DNA from: Flavobacteriales bacterium
Lineage (GTDB): Bacteria > Bacteroidota > Bacteroidia > UBA10329
DNA: 64,000 nt
Assembly: GCA_021739695.1 (NCBI GenBank)
Contig: JAIPBM010000023.1
Location: 1,156 to 65,155, forward strand
Direction of reading: 5' to 3'
Both the position numbers and the translations under genes were made by a program. Numbering within the stretch: position 1 is the first letter of the stretch; each line of letters starts with the position of its first letter. The notes beneath the pieces were generated by a model that saw nothing but the letters and a program-made list of their open reading frames with translations, had not been told where the DNA came from and did no database searches. This document shows positions 50,899 through 60,139 of this stretch, in pieces.

Positions 50899-53800
50899 TT
50901 GATGAAACACTTACACATCTTGGTATTCGGCCTATTTATCAGCTCGGCCACTTTCGCTCAGAAAGACAATGTTCTGAGAAACCCGACCGAAATTCCTGTC
51001 ACCTTCCATGGCGAAACTGTTCCGCTTCGCGATTACATCGAAGACCCGAATGCGGTGAACGAGATTACCAAAACACTCAAACCAGGGTATCATCCAAAGA
51101 AAGATTGGATATTGAATGAGGCTGTCAATCCATTGGCAAAGCCCAATGGTGATGATCCTGCCTGGCAACAGAGTTATGCGCCATCAGCAGTCAATACCAA
51201 GTCATTGGCTTACAGCTTTGAGGGAATTGGATTTACGAATGTGAGCCCTGCCGACCCATGCGTGGATGTAGGTCCAAACCATGTCATTCAGATGATCAAT
51301 GGCGGTTCAGGTTCCTATTTTAAGGTGTATAGTAAGACGGGGCAGGTGTTGGCCAATGCTACTTACTTAGATAACTACATGGGTTTTCCTGGAGGGGCCG
51401 GAGACCCGATAGTACTTTACGACCAGCAGGCCGACCGTTGGTTGATGAGCGAGTTTGCCAGCAGCGGAAACGTACTTCATGTGGCTATTTCCACTTCGGC
51501 CGATCCGCTCGGAACGTGGTACAAATACACCTACAACGCCACCAATTTCCCCGATTACCCGAAATATTCGGTTTGGAATAACGCGTATATCGTCACAACA
51601 AATGAGAATTCGTCTGCTGTTTATGCCCTCAACAGAACTCAGATGTTGGCAGGAACAGGCGGAACAGCGCAGCGCTTTACGGTAGCAACATTTGGAACTA
51701 TTGGCTTTCAGGCCATGACGCCTGTAAGTTTAGATGGCACCACCGCACCGCCTTCTGGCACGCCTGCCATGGTGATGCGTATGCGCGATGACGCTTGGAG
51801 TGGGGCAGCAACAGATGCCTTGGAAATTTGGGCATTCAACATCAATTGGAGCAATGCCAATGCAACTACCCTTACCCAAGTTGCCACCCTAGGTGTTCAG
51901 GCCTTTGATTCAAATCTTTGTGGCTACACTTCATTCTCATGCATTGATCAACCTGGTTCGAGCACCAATCTTGATCCACTGCGCGAATTGTTGATGAACC
52001 GCATACACTACAGGAATTTCGGAACTCACGAATCCATTGTATGCTGCCACGTGACAGATGTGAACGGCAGCGACCGTTCGGGAATCCGTTGGTATGAATT
52101 AAGAAGAACCAACGGAACATCAGGTTCTTGGAGCATCTATCAGCAAGGGACCTATTCTCCAGATGCCGCCAGCCGTTGGATGCCTTCTATCGGAATTTCC
52201 GCTTCAGGAAACATCGGAATGGCGTATAGCGTCAGCAGCAGTTCCATTTATCCTTCATTGCGTTACACAGGTAGAAAATCCTGCGATCCGCTCAATTCCA
52301 TGACCGAACCGGAAACAAGCATCATTGCTGGCACCACTCCCAATAATTCAAACCGTTGGGGAGATTACCATGCCTTAGGTCTCGATCCAACGGATGGCGA
52401 AACCTTCTGGTTTACAGGAGCTTACGGAACAGGAAATGCCTGGAGTACCCGTGTGGCCGCATTCGACCTTCCTACGTGTTCGCCTGCTGTTACTTTCAGT
52501 GTGGCCACACAAGCGGCCAACGAAGCCAATGGAACAACAGCCAATGGTTGCTTGCCATATGTGGATGTGATCATTCCGATCGGAATTGCTTCGGCACCTT
52601 CTCAGAATGCCTCTGTTAACGTCACTGTTTCTGGCGGAACGGCCACACAGGGAGTTGATTATCAATTGCTCAACACGAACATCACCCTTTCAAGTGGAAA
52701 CTTGACTGGAAACGTGACCGTGCGTGTATTTAACGATGATTATGTGGAAGGAAACGAGACCATCATTCTTAGTTATTCGTTGAATGCCAATGGTGGGAAT
52801 GCCACACAGGGTGGCGTGAATCAAACCGTTACCATTACCATTAACGATGACGACCTCGACCCAGCACTGGCGCAAGGCACACAGACCATTCTTTCCGAGA
52901 ATTTTGAAAACGGTTTGGGAATCATGACCACCTTGAATCCTGCAGGAGACACGCCTTGGCAAGTAGGGAATGAAGCAGCGGCAGAAACGCAACCATACAA
53001 TATCCCTTCTACCAACACCAGCAATTTCGCTTATGTGAATGATGATGATTGTAATTGCGATATGAGCGAAGTAGACCTCATCTTCCCAACCATAGACCTT
53101 AGCAGCTACACCAGTGCGCAGGTAAGCTTCGATACTTATTTTGAAGGAAACACCTACCAAGGAAGCACTGAATATGCAGGGCTTTTCGTTTCGTTGGATG
53201 GACAGAATTTCAGTCTGGTGGGCGATCTGGTCGCATCGGGTGTTGATGGCCCATGGGTGTCGCAGCAGTTTGATCTGGCAGCTTACTTGGGAGAAAGCAC
53301 CGTTACGCTACTTATCTATTACAACGATGGTGGCGGTTGGTTGTATGGTTGCACAGTAGATAACGTGTTGGTGACAGGCGAAACGAACATTGCTGTTCAG
53401 GCCGCAGTGAATACCAATAATGGCGATGAAGCCAAACTTGGACCGAATGGAACTGTTCACTTTTACGACCCAACCACAGGCGATGTAATGGCTTCTATTC
53501 AGAATACCAGTTCGTGGGATTATGGTTGTGTGACCTTGGAAGTGGATAGAAGTGGGTTGAATCCGAGTGCCGTGGCTTTCAATTCGAACGCCAATGCTGA
53601 TAAGTTGCATTCGAAGACTTTCTCCATTGTTCCTGAAAACAACAACCCGAACGGAACCTACAATCTGAGCCTGTATTACCGACAGAATGAGGTGACCGCT
53701 TGGGAAAGCGCCACAGGCAACAGCCGGAATAATGCACAGATCATCAAGGTTTCCAACGCCCGCATTAACGATGTGACGCCAGCCAATTTCGCTTCGTATG

Positions 53801-54165
53801 CGATCGGAAATGCAAGTGCCACGGTCAGTTCATTCGGTTCAGATGTCAAGTTCACTGCCAGTTTCAACACAGGTTTCTCCGGTTTCGGAGTAGGTATTCT
53901 AAACACCTTGATCACAGATATTAACGAACCATTGACAGATGTGGGAGTGTATCCGAATCCGAACGATGGTTCGTTCACCATTTCTGGTTTGGAGTTGGGC
54001 TCTACCTACCGTGTATACAACGCTCTTGGAAAACTCATTCTAGGCGAGCAGTTTGCCGTTCAGAATCAACGCGTGCAACTGTCAGATGTGGCTCCAGGGG
54101 TTTATTTCCTGGTGGCAGAGCAAGATGGCAAATTGGGTAAGGTTCAATTCATAGTTACCGATTAA
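50899..54165 (+). CDS. large secreted protein with Calx-beta domain and T9SS C-terminal sorting domain (1088 aa)
   Basis: Signal peptide; Calx-beta motif (VTVSGGTATQGVDYQ...GNVTVRVFNDDYVEGNETI); C-terminal Por_Secre_tail (VGVYPNPNDGSFTISGL...GVYFLVAEQDGKLGKVQFIVTD). Confidence 0.7.
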   Translation: MMKHLHILVFGLFISSATFAQKDNVLRNPTEIPVTFHGETVPLRDYIEDPNAVNEITKTLKPGYHPKKDWILNEAVNPLAKPNGDDPAWQQSYAPSAVNTKSLAYSFEGIGFTNVSPADPCVDVGPNHVIQMINGGSGSYFKVYSKTGQVLANATYLDNYMGFPGGAGDPIVLYDQQADRWLMSEFASSGNVLHVAISTSADPLGTWYKYTYNATNFPDYPKYSVWNNAYIVTTNENSSAVYALNRTQMLAGTGGTAQRFTVATFGTIGFQAMTPVSLDGTTAPPSGTPAMVMRMRDDAWSGAATDALEIWAFNINWSNANATTLTQVATLGVQAFDSNLCGYTSFSCIDQPGSSTNLDPLRELLMNRIHYRNFGTHESIVCCHVTDVNGSDRSGIRWYELRRTNGTSGSWSIYQQGTYSPDAASRWMPSIGISASGNIGMAYSVSSSSIYPSLRYTGRKSCDPLNSMTEPETSIIAGTTPNNSNRWGDYHALGLDPTDGETFWFTGAYGTGNAWSTRVAAFDLPTCSPAVTFSVATQAANEANGTTANGCLPYVDVIIPIGIASAPSQNASVNVTVSGGTATQGVDYQLLNTNITLSSGNLTGNVTVRVFNDDYVEGNETIILSYSLNANGGNATQGGVNQTVTITINDDDLDPALAQGTQTILSENFENGLGIMTTLNPAGDTPWQVGNEAAAETQPYNIPSTNTSNFAYVNDDDCNCDMSEVDLIFPTIDLSSYTSAQVSFDTYFEGNTYQGSTEYAGLFVSLDGQNFSLVGDLVASGVDGPWVSQQFDLAAYLGESTVTLLIYYNDGGGWLYGCTVDNVLVTGETNIAVQAAVNTNNGDEAKLGPNGTVHFYDPTTGDVMASIQNTSSWDYGCVTLEVDRSGLNPSAVAFNSNANADKLHSKTFSIVPENNNPNGTYNLSLYYRQNEVTAWESATGNSRNNAQIIKVSNARINDVTPANFASYAIGNASATVSSFGSDVKFTASFNTGFSGFGVGILNTLITDINEPLTDVGVYPNPNDGSFTISGLELGSTYRVYNALGKLILGEQFAVQNQRVQLSDVAPGVYFLVAEQDGKLGKVQFIVTD

Positions 54166-54518
54166 TGCAGTTGAAATTCACATTAAACAGCGCGCTGGCT
54201 TTGGTTGCCAGCGCTCTGTTTCTTTTTGCATTGGTAGGATGTGTTCCTACCAAACCAAGCGTTTCCTTATCGGGAGAGTCTGACGAGGAAGGTTATTTTG
54301 GCGAAGTCACCACCAAGTTTGCCAAAGATGGCTGCCCGATACTTATTCAATACAAGGAAGGCACGGAGCTGAAATACCTCATTCCTGTTCAATTAGATGA
54401 ACAGTTCAAAAAGAATGGGCTGAAAGTGAACTTCACCTTTCATTACTCACGGATTGCGCAAGGCGAATGCCAAATAGGACAACCAGCGGTCTTGGAAGAG
54501 ATTAAGCTGCTTGACTGA
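54165..54518 (+). CDS. hypothetical lipoprotein
   Basis: Lipobox LVGC; 117 aa. Confidence 0.45.
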   Translation: MQLKFTLNSALALVASALFLFALVGCVPTKPSVSLSGESDEEGYFGEVTTKFAKDGCPILIQYKEGTELKYLIPVQLDEQFKKNGLKVNFTFHYSRIAQGECQIGQPAVLEEIKLLD

Positions 54519-54533
54519 TAGCAGTCTTTCTGT

Positions 54534-55445
54534 TTGGTAAGGACTAATGGTCCTATCCTTCATATTTGCATCTTTGTTTTTAAACATCAGTCTGTGTTTC
54601 AAAAACTCAAACAACCATTTCCGGATAAGGCCGAACTGAAGCAAAGCCTGATCACCATCTTCTGGGTTGGCGTGTTCGTTGGCCTGTTTCTGTTCCTGAT
54701 CCGTCCTTTCAGTATCGAAGGACCATGGGCCGACCTTGCTTGGGCATCTGCTGGTTTCGGTGCCGTTACCGTGGTTTTCGGTTGGATGTTTGAACTGGCC
54801 ACCCGATTCATTTTCAAGATAGAAACCCATGGCCCCAGTTGGACGCTTGGTAAGTGGATGTTCACATCGATCATCCTTGTGGTCTGGATAGCGTTGGGCA
54901 ATTTCCTTTTCGTCAATTTTCTTTCCGGTTGGAATGCCATGGGTTATTTCAGTTTTGTTCGGATGATCGGTTACACATCGCTGATAGGGATTTTTCCCGT
55001 GGCGCTTTCCGGTGTGCTTATTCAGCTACGGGCAACGCAGAAGAATGAAGAATCTGCCTTAGATATTTCGGAACATCTTCATTCGGATAAAGAAGTAGAG
55101 AACCAGCAAACGATTGTACTCGAAGCCGAGAATGGGCAGCAATTAGGCCTGAAAACGATGGATGTTTGCTACATCGAAGCCATGCAGAACTACGTAACGG
55201 TCTGGTTTCTGAAAGACGGAAAGTTGAGCAAGGAAATGCTTCGTGCTACCATCGCCTCGGTAGAAGAGAAGTTTGCAGGAACGGATGTTATCCGCTGTCA
55301 TCGTTCGTATCTGGTCAATGTGGATCGCATTGAAACGGTTTACGGAAATGCCCAAGGCCTGAAGCTGAAACTCAGGGATGTTGGCGTTGTGGAAGTGCCT
55401 GTTTCACGGTCGTATATTCCGAAAGTCAGGGAACTATTGGATTGA
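54534..55445 (+). CDS. membrane-tethered LytTR-domain transcriptional regulator (4 TM + LytTR)
   Basis: Four N-terminal TM helices, then a LytTR domain (VCYIEAMQNYVTVWF...IRCHRSYLVNVDRIETV). Confidence 0.7.
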   Translation: MVRTNGPILHICIFVFKHQSVFQKLKQPFPDKAELKQSLITIFWVGVFVGLFLFLIRPFSIEGPWADLAWASAGFGAVTVVFGWMFELATRFIFKIETHGPSWTLGKWMFTSIILVVWIALGNFLFVNFLSGWNAMGYFSFVRMIGYTSLIGIFPVALSGVLIQLRATQKNEESALDISEHLHSDKEVENQQTIVLEAENGQQLGLKTMDVCYIEAMQNYVTVWFLKDGKLSKEMLRATIASVEEKFAGTDVIRCHRSYLVNVDRIETVYGNAQGLKLKLRDVGVVEVPVSRSYIPKVRELLD

Positions 55446-55549
55446 ATATCATCCCGCAGAATTGTCATCTGTCCCACGTGTTTGACACTCGTCACCAAAG
55501 CTTGTAAACCGTCCCTTTTGTTCTTGATTGTTTTCAATTTGTCTCAGAT

Positions 55550-56272
55550 TTGAGCCGAATCAAAAAACAGAACATCATGGAGATCATCGTCAAATCACTG
55601 CTATTTCTACACGTTTCATTCGGATTTACAAGCCTGCTGCTTTTCTGGCTTCCTGTCTTTATGAAGAAAGGAGGGAAGGGCCATCGTGTGGTTGGGAAAC
55701 TCTATGTATTAGCCATGTGGGTGGTGGTTACATCGGCTGCGCTGCTCTGCATCAAGAATGTCATCATCGGGAAGTATTTCATGGCGGTTTTTCTAGGATT
55801 CATCTCGCTTATCACGGCCAATCCACTTTGGTACGGTATGGCCATTCTGAAGCCAAGGGTGTACGAAACAAGCGCATTCCATTGGAAACGTACGGCATTT
55901 GATGGTCTCATCGTTTTGGCAGGCGCCTTGATGCTTGTTTACGGTATCATCCTCGAAGGAAAAGATTCAGCGGTGCTTATGCTCATTTTCGGTTGCTTGG
56001 GGCTTACAGGCATTCCATCCTTCATTAAGAATCTGAAAGGTCCGCGCGAAAAGGAAGACCGGATCCGTCTTCACATGATCGGTATGCTTACCAGTGGAAT
56101 TGCTGCTTACACAGCCTTTTTCGTGTTTGGTGGCTATACATGGATGAGCAAATTGCTTCCTGGTATGTGGGGCATTCTTCCGTGGACAGCACCTGGATTG
56201 ATCGGTGCCATTGGCATTAACTATGGCGTGAAGTATTTTCGAAAAAAGGGAATGATTTCCGAGCAGCATTAG
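55550..56272 (+). CDS. hypothetical polytopic membrane protein
   Basis: 6 predicted TM helices; no motif. Confidence 0.45.
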   Translation: MSRIKKQNIMEIIVKSLLFLHVSFGFTSLLLFWLPVFMKKGGKGHRVVGKLYVLAMWVVVTSAALLCIKNVIIGKYFMAVFLGFISLITANPLWYGMAILKPRVYETSAFHWKRTAFDGLIVLAGALMLVYGIILEGKDSAVLMLIFGCLGLTGIPSFIKNLKGPREKEDRIRLHMIGMLTSGIAAYTAFFVFGGYTWMSKLLPGMWGILPWTAPGLIGAIGINYGVKYFRKKGMISEQH

Positions 56273-57708
56273 CACGCTGCGATCTCGGAAAGGTGCGTGA
56301 GCTCGGTTTGGTGTAGGATGGGTTGATCTTGGTTCTTTCCCAGTATCAGCACAGAGAATTCTTCCGTTCGGTCGATATTGAAGATCTTGTTGCAATTGAT
56401 AAGGTCGTAGCGCGCAACTACCCGTTTCCGATGCAATAGATGATGCCAAAGGCGCTTGTTCACAGGGTCTGAAAGCGTAGAACCTTTCAAGATCAGACCG
56501 ACCGAGCTCCGTTCCGTACCAAGACTGTCGCAGAGCTCGGTGAAAAGAACGTTGGTCTGCAAGCCGCCCATACAGGAATGGTCAAACCGTTCATCGTTGT
56601 AGACATTCTCCATGGCCACGTCAACAGCTTCATCATGCATCAGCAGCCAACGGTACAATTCGGGATGCGATTCTTCCAGTATTTCCAATGCTGTGTCCAG
56701 CTCCTCTTCATCGTCTATTTCTGCCAAACGCGGACAAAGAAGATGCAGGTAGTGGCTCAGGTCAAAACCGATGCTTCCCCATGGAGGATTGCCAATGATC
56801 ACATCACAGCGTTGAATTTGATCTGGTCTTAAAGCAAGCCCGTTGTGATAATAGAAGTTAGGTGAATGATCAAAGGCATCAGCTTCGTCATCAGGCCAAA
56901 TGAGGGGATTTCCGTTGACGAAACGTTTACTCAGTTCAGGGTAAAGCGCAAGTCCATCTACTGCTTCCAACACACATATTCGTGCAATTTCCAGCGATAT
57001 GGAATCTGCTTCGATGGCATGAAAGTTCAGCACCATCTTCTTTAGGTCCTCATGTGAAAGGCAAAGATGCTTCTTGAAATATCGGATAAGGGCAAGGAAA
57101 AAACTTCCCGTTCCGCAAGAATGGTCTGCGTAGGAGGAGTTCCGTAGAAGTTCTGTGACGCGTTCCAGATCGGCTTCTGAGCTTTGCAACTTGGAAAACT
57201 GCTCTATTCCCAGGTTCTTCAAAATGTAATTGTCGATGGTGAGTTGCACCAAAGTATCGGCAAGGAGTGTGGGCGTGTAAAACGAACCAATGGAGTTCAA
57301 ATGCTCCTTGTCGTCCATAATAACGCCATCCCGTACAGGGAATTCGAGCAGCAGCATTGATTCGTAGAGGTCCGACAGTTCCACCCGTGCTAGGTGCTGT
57401 GACTTAAACCAATCGAGGAAAGTGGTAAGCGCTTGCTTTTCGGCCTTACTCAGCAGATTGAAGCTGGCTGTGAAAGTATTTTCTCCAGCCAAACTGCCTT
57501 TAAGTGATTGGAACACATCGTTCAGAGCTAATGAATCAGGTCCGTTCAGATTGTGTTCGGCAACTATTCCAAGGACAGTCGATTGCATGCGATGAATGCT
57601 TGCAAAATAGGCACTCGGCTGGCAAATGGCCCCATCTTCCACCAGTATTTCCTGCTTAAGTGCAGTTAAAATGGCGTTGGAAGTATGGTGACAGATAGCT
57701 TGTAGCAT
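56269..57708 (-). CDS. N6-adenine-specific DNA methyltransferase (gamma-class, HsdM/Eco57I-like), solitary
   Basis: Motif X (GSFYTP), motif I (DHSCGTGSFF), motif IV (VIIGNPPWG). No adjacent specificity or restriction subunit. Confidence 0.7.
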   Translation of the reverse strand: MLQAICHHTSNAILTALKQEILVEDGAICQPSAYFASIHRMQSTVLGIVAEHNLNGPDSLALNDVFQSLKGSLAGENTFTASFNLLSKAEKQALTTFLDWFKSQHLARVELSDLYESMLLLEFPVRDGVIMDDKEHLNSIGSFYTPTLLADTLVQLTIDNYILKNLGIEQFSKLQSSEADLERVTELLRNSSYADHSCGTGSFFLALIRYFKKHLCLSHEDLKKMVLNFHAIEADSISLEIARICVLEAVDGLALYPELSKRFVNGNPLIWPDDEADAFDHSPNFYYHNGLALRPDQIQRCDVIIGNPPWGSIGFDLSHYLHLLCPRLAEIDDEEELDTALEILEESHPELYRWLLMHDEAVDVAMENVYNDERFDHSCMGGLQTNVLFTELCDSLGTERSSVGLILKGSTLSDPVNKRLWHHLLHRKRVVARYDLINCNKIFNIDRTEEFSVLILGKNQDQPILHQTELTHLSEIAAC

Positions 57709-57787
57709 GCTGCGCTAAGAACGGAAATGTTGCGAAAAAAGCTGATGAAAAGCGCGGTGGTTTGGCACCAAAGGTCTACAGCTTGCC

Positions 57788-58093
57788 TTAGTGGATGAAA
57801 TCGCCTGCGCGCAAAACCCCTACCAGACCCACCAATATCCAAAATCCATTGAGCAGGGAGTATGCGGCATCTTTCTTCAGAATGGCGCACCAGGTAAGCA
57901 ATATGGCATCGATGGTATTCAGTAACCACACATACATGAAAGGGCTGTCTGCACCCATCCAACTGACCACACTGAAACTGCTGATGCGCATGATGACACC
58001 CGTCATTTCCAACTGCTTCAGGTACTTTAAAACGAAACGGTTAAGGGGATCAGCCATGGCGCAGATATTGGGCAAAATTGGAGAGGAAAGCAC
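57788..58093 (-). CDS. small hypothetical membrane protein (probable start at internal ATG ~58057)
   Basis: 2-3 hydrophobic helices; lies upstream of and co-oriented with the methyltransferase. Confidence 0.35.
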   Translation of the reverse strand: MLSSPILPNICAMADPLNRFVLKYLKQLEMTGVIMRISSFSVVSWMGADSPFMYVWLLNTIDAILLTWCAILKKDAAYSLLNGFWILVGLVGVLRAGDFIH

Positions 58094-58197
58094 CCGCTCT
58101 TACATCTTCATCGAAATTTAATTCGGATGGCGGCAGCTAAGCTTTAACACCAAAGGCTTGACTGGTTTTTTAGTTTTGCATCCATAAAACCACGAAA

Positions 58198-58977
58198 ATG
58201 AGCGAAGCAGTAGATCAAGGAGCCGTAGTTATCAATGTAGATGCTCGAGGTATTGCCACCATCGAGTTCCAGCACCCACTCAGCAACTCCTTACCAGGGA
58301 AAGTGCTGCGTAAACTAGCACAGACCATTGAGGATGCTGGCAAGGATGAAGCTGTGAAGGTGATGGTGCTGAAAAGTGCAGGGGAGAAGGCCTTTTGTGC
58401 CGGTGCTTCGTTTGATGAGTTGATCTCCATAAATGACCTCGAAACGGGGAAAGTGTTCTTTTCGGGCTTTGCGGGCGTGATCAATGCCATGCGCAAAGCG
58501 CCTAAATTCGTGCTCTGCCGTGTGCAAGGGAAAGCCGTTGGAGGAGGTGTAGGGCTTGCTTCTGCTGCCGATTACACCTTCGGAACCAAGCATGCAGCCG
58601 TTAAGCTGAGCGAACTGGCCGTAGGTATCGGACCGTTTGTGGTAGGACCGGCCGTAGAGAAGAAGATCGGCAATGCGGCTTTCAGTCAGATGAGCATTGA
58701 CGCCACCACCTGGTATTCGGCCGAGTGGGCAAGGGAGAAAGGACTGTACACTTCCATCCACGAAACCATTGAGGAGATGGATGCCGCCATCGATGTGCTG
58801 GCCGAGCAACTAGCTAAAAGCAACCCAGAAGCCATGGCCATGCTGAAGAAGGTCTTCTGGAAAGGAACCGAAGATTGGGATACCCTTCTTTCTGCACGTG
58901 CCGGAATGAGCGGAAAACTCGTGCTATCCGATTTTACCCGCAATGCCATCGGCAAGTTTAAGAAGGGGGAGAGGTAG
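58198..58977 (+). CDS. enoyl-CoA hydratase/isomerase (crotonase) family protein
   Basis: VMVLKSAGEKAFCAGASFDEL oxyanion-hole region; 259 aa. Confidence 0.85.
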   Translation: MSEAVDQGAVVINVDARGIATIEFQHPLSNSLPGKVLRKLAQTIEDAGKDEAVKVMVLKSAGEKAFCAGASFDELISINDLETGKVFFSGFAGVINAMRKAPKFVLCRVQGKAVGGGVGLASAADYTFGTKHAAVKLSELAVGIGPFVVGPAVEKKIGNAAFSQMSIDATTWYSAEWAREKGLYTSIHETIEEMDAAIDVLAEQLAKSNPEAMAMLKKVFWKGTEDWDTLLSARAGMSGKLVLSDFTRNAIGKFKKGER

Positions 58978-59006
58978 GGGCGTGCGGCTATACGCCACTA
59001 CTGGTT

Positions 59007-59420
59007 TTAGTTTCCTATTTCAATTTGTTGTTCTACAAAGTTCTTGTAGGCTTTCGTTTTGAAGGTAAACCAATCTTGTCGGTACGCTGATGCATCAATC
59101 AGAATCTTGAAGTTCTGAAACGGTTTTTTTTCCGAAAGTTTGCCTAAAATTCTTTGCTTAAAGTTGGAGTCCGTCAATGAATGGGCGAAATTCTCCAATA
59201 CCTGGAATCCTTGATTTGAATCCATTTTTACAAATGACTGATAGTTTTCCACGTCATTTTCAATTTTGTCAATGACGTCTTGCCAAGGTTCTGGGTCGAA
59301 GTAAGGGTCGTCTGGGTCAGGGTGAGATTCAATGGTGCCAGTTGGTCGATGATAGTAGCACCTCATTCCGCAATCGAGTAGGTCGGAAATTTCTGCGATT
59401 TGTTCCTCTGTCAACTTCAT
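59007..59420 (-). CDS. small acidic cytoplasmic hypothetical protein
   Basis: ORF only; 137 aa; immediately downstream of the lipoprotein gene. Confidence 0.4.
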   Translation of the reverse strand: MKLTEEQIAEISDLLDCGMRCYYHRPTGTIESHPDPDDPYFDPEPWQDVIDKIENDVENYQSFVKMDSNQGFQVLENFAHSLTDSNFKQRILGKLSEKKPFQNFKILIDASAYRQDWFTFKTKAYKNFVEQQIEIGN

Positions 59421-59425
59421 TTGGC

Positions 59426-60001
59426 TTAAAAATAGCCAAAAGTTATTGTGTTAAGATCAGTTATAAACTGATCGTGTTTCATTCCACACAAGTCATCCTT
59501 CGGAAGACTTGCGCGAGCGGGGGTTCGTGATTTATTTTCTTTTTCAAGGTTAATGTCGTCAAGCAAGCTACTCATTAGGTCAAAGCCTTCGTCATTAAGC
59601 CCTCCCCATTTCGTCAGCGAATTGTAAGGTTGGAATTCCCATTGATTATAACCGCATCTGATTTCAATAATTCCTCTGACCGTTTCATCTTTTAAAACCA
59701 GTATCAACGCGTTTGTGTGGAATGTCCCACAGTCACCGTTAGAATAATAAGCGCTATCTGATATGAGTTGTTGGAGTTTCGCTTTCTGCGAATCTGTCAG
59801 GATAAACTCCCCTTCAGAACCAACGTAATCCAATGGATCTACGTCCATTGTCTCAATGGTCGGAAAGTTGTCAAAATTTAACTGAACGTAGTGAACTGAG
59901 TAATCCTTGTCAGAAAGTTGTGTCCAATCAAAATCCAGAGACTTGTTTCGAGAGGAGCAAGCACTTACAAATAGAAGTAAGCTTAATAGAATGTGTCTCA
60001 T
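59426..60001 (-). CDS. hypothetical lipoprotein
   Basis: Lipobox FVSACSS; 191 aa. Confidence 0.45.
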   Translation of the reverse strand: MRHILLSLLLFVSACSSRNKSLDFDWTQLSDKDYSVHYVQLNFDNFPTIETMDVDPLDYVGSEGEFILTDSQKAKLQQLISDSAYYSNGDCGTFHTNALILVLKDETVRGIIEIRCGYNQWEFQPYNSLTKWGGLNDEGFDLMSSLLDDINLEKENKSRTPARASLPKDDLCGMKHDQFITDLNTITFGYF

Positions 60002-60015
60002 TTCGTCATGACGCC

Positions 60016-60139
60016 CAACGGTTTCCGCTATGAAAATAGGGCTTTAACTCCTTCGACCTTTCAGCCCGATGCCGAACTTGGTAGAAACCACTAAGGCTTG
60101 CGTGCTTGTCGTCACGCCCTATTTACATAGCAGTTGTTG
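60016..60139 (-). repeat. attC-like imperfect palindromic element, variant B (same termini as the 60872/62467/63211 copies, different centre)
   Basis: 5' CCAACGGTTTCCGCTATGAAAATAGGGC ... GCCCTATTTACATAGCAGTTGTTGTG 3'. The termini are inverted repeats of each other. Contains the stop codon of ORF 60112..60873. Confidence 0.5.

Noticed and set aside
58978-59040. Looked for another attC-like palindrome after the last minus-strand ORF (59007-59420)
   Set aside because: The GTTGTT found there is just the reverse complement of in-frame Gln-Gln codons. No CAAC...CCGCTA partner and no inverted-repeat structure.
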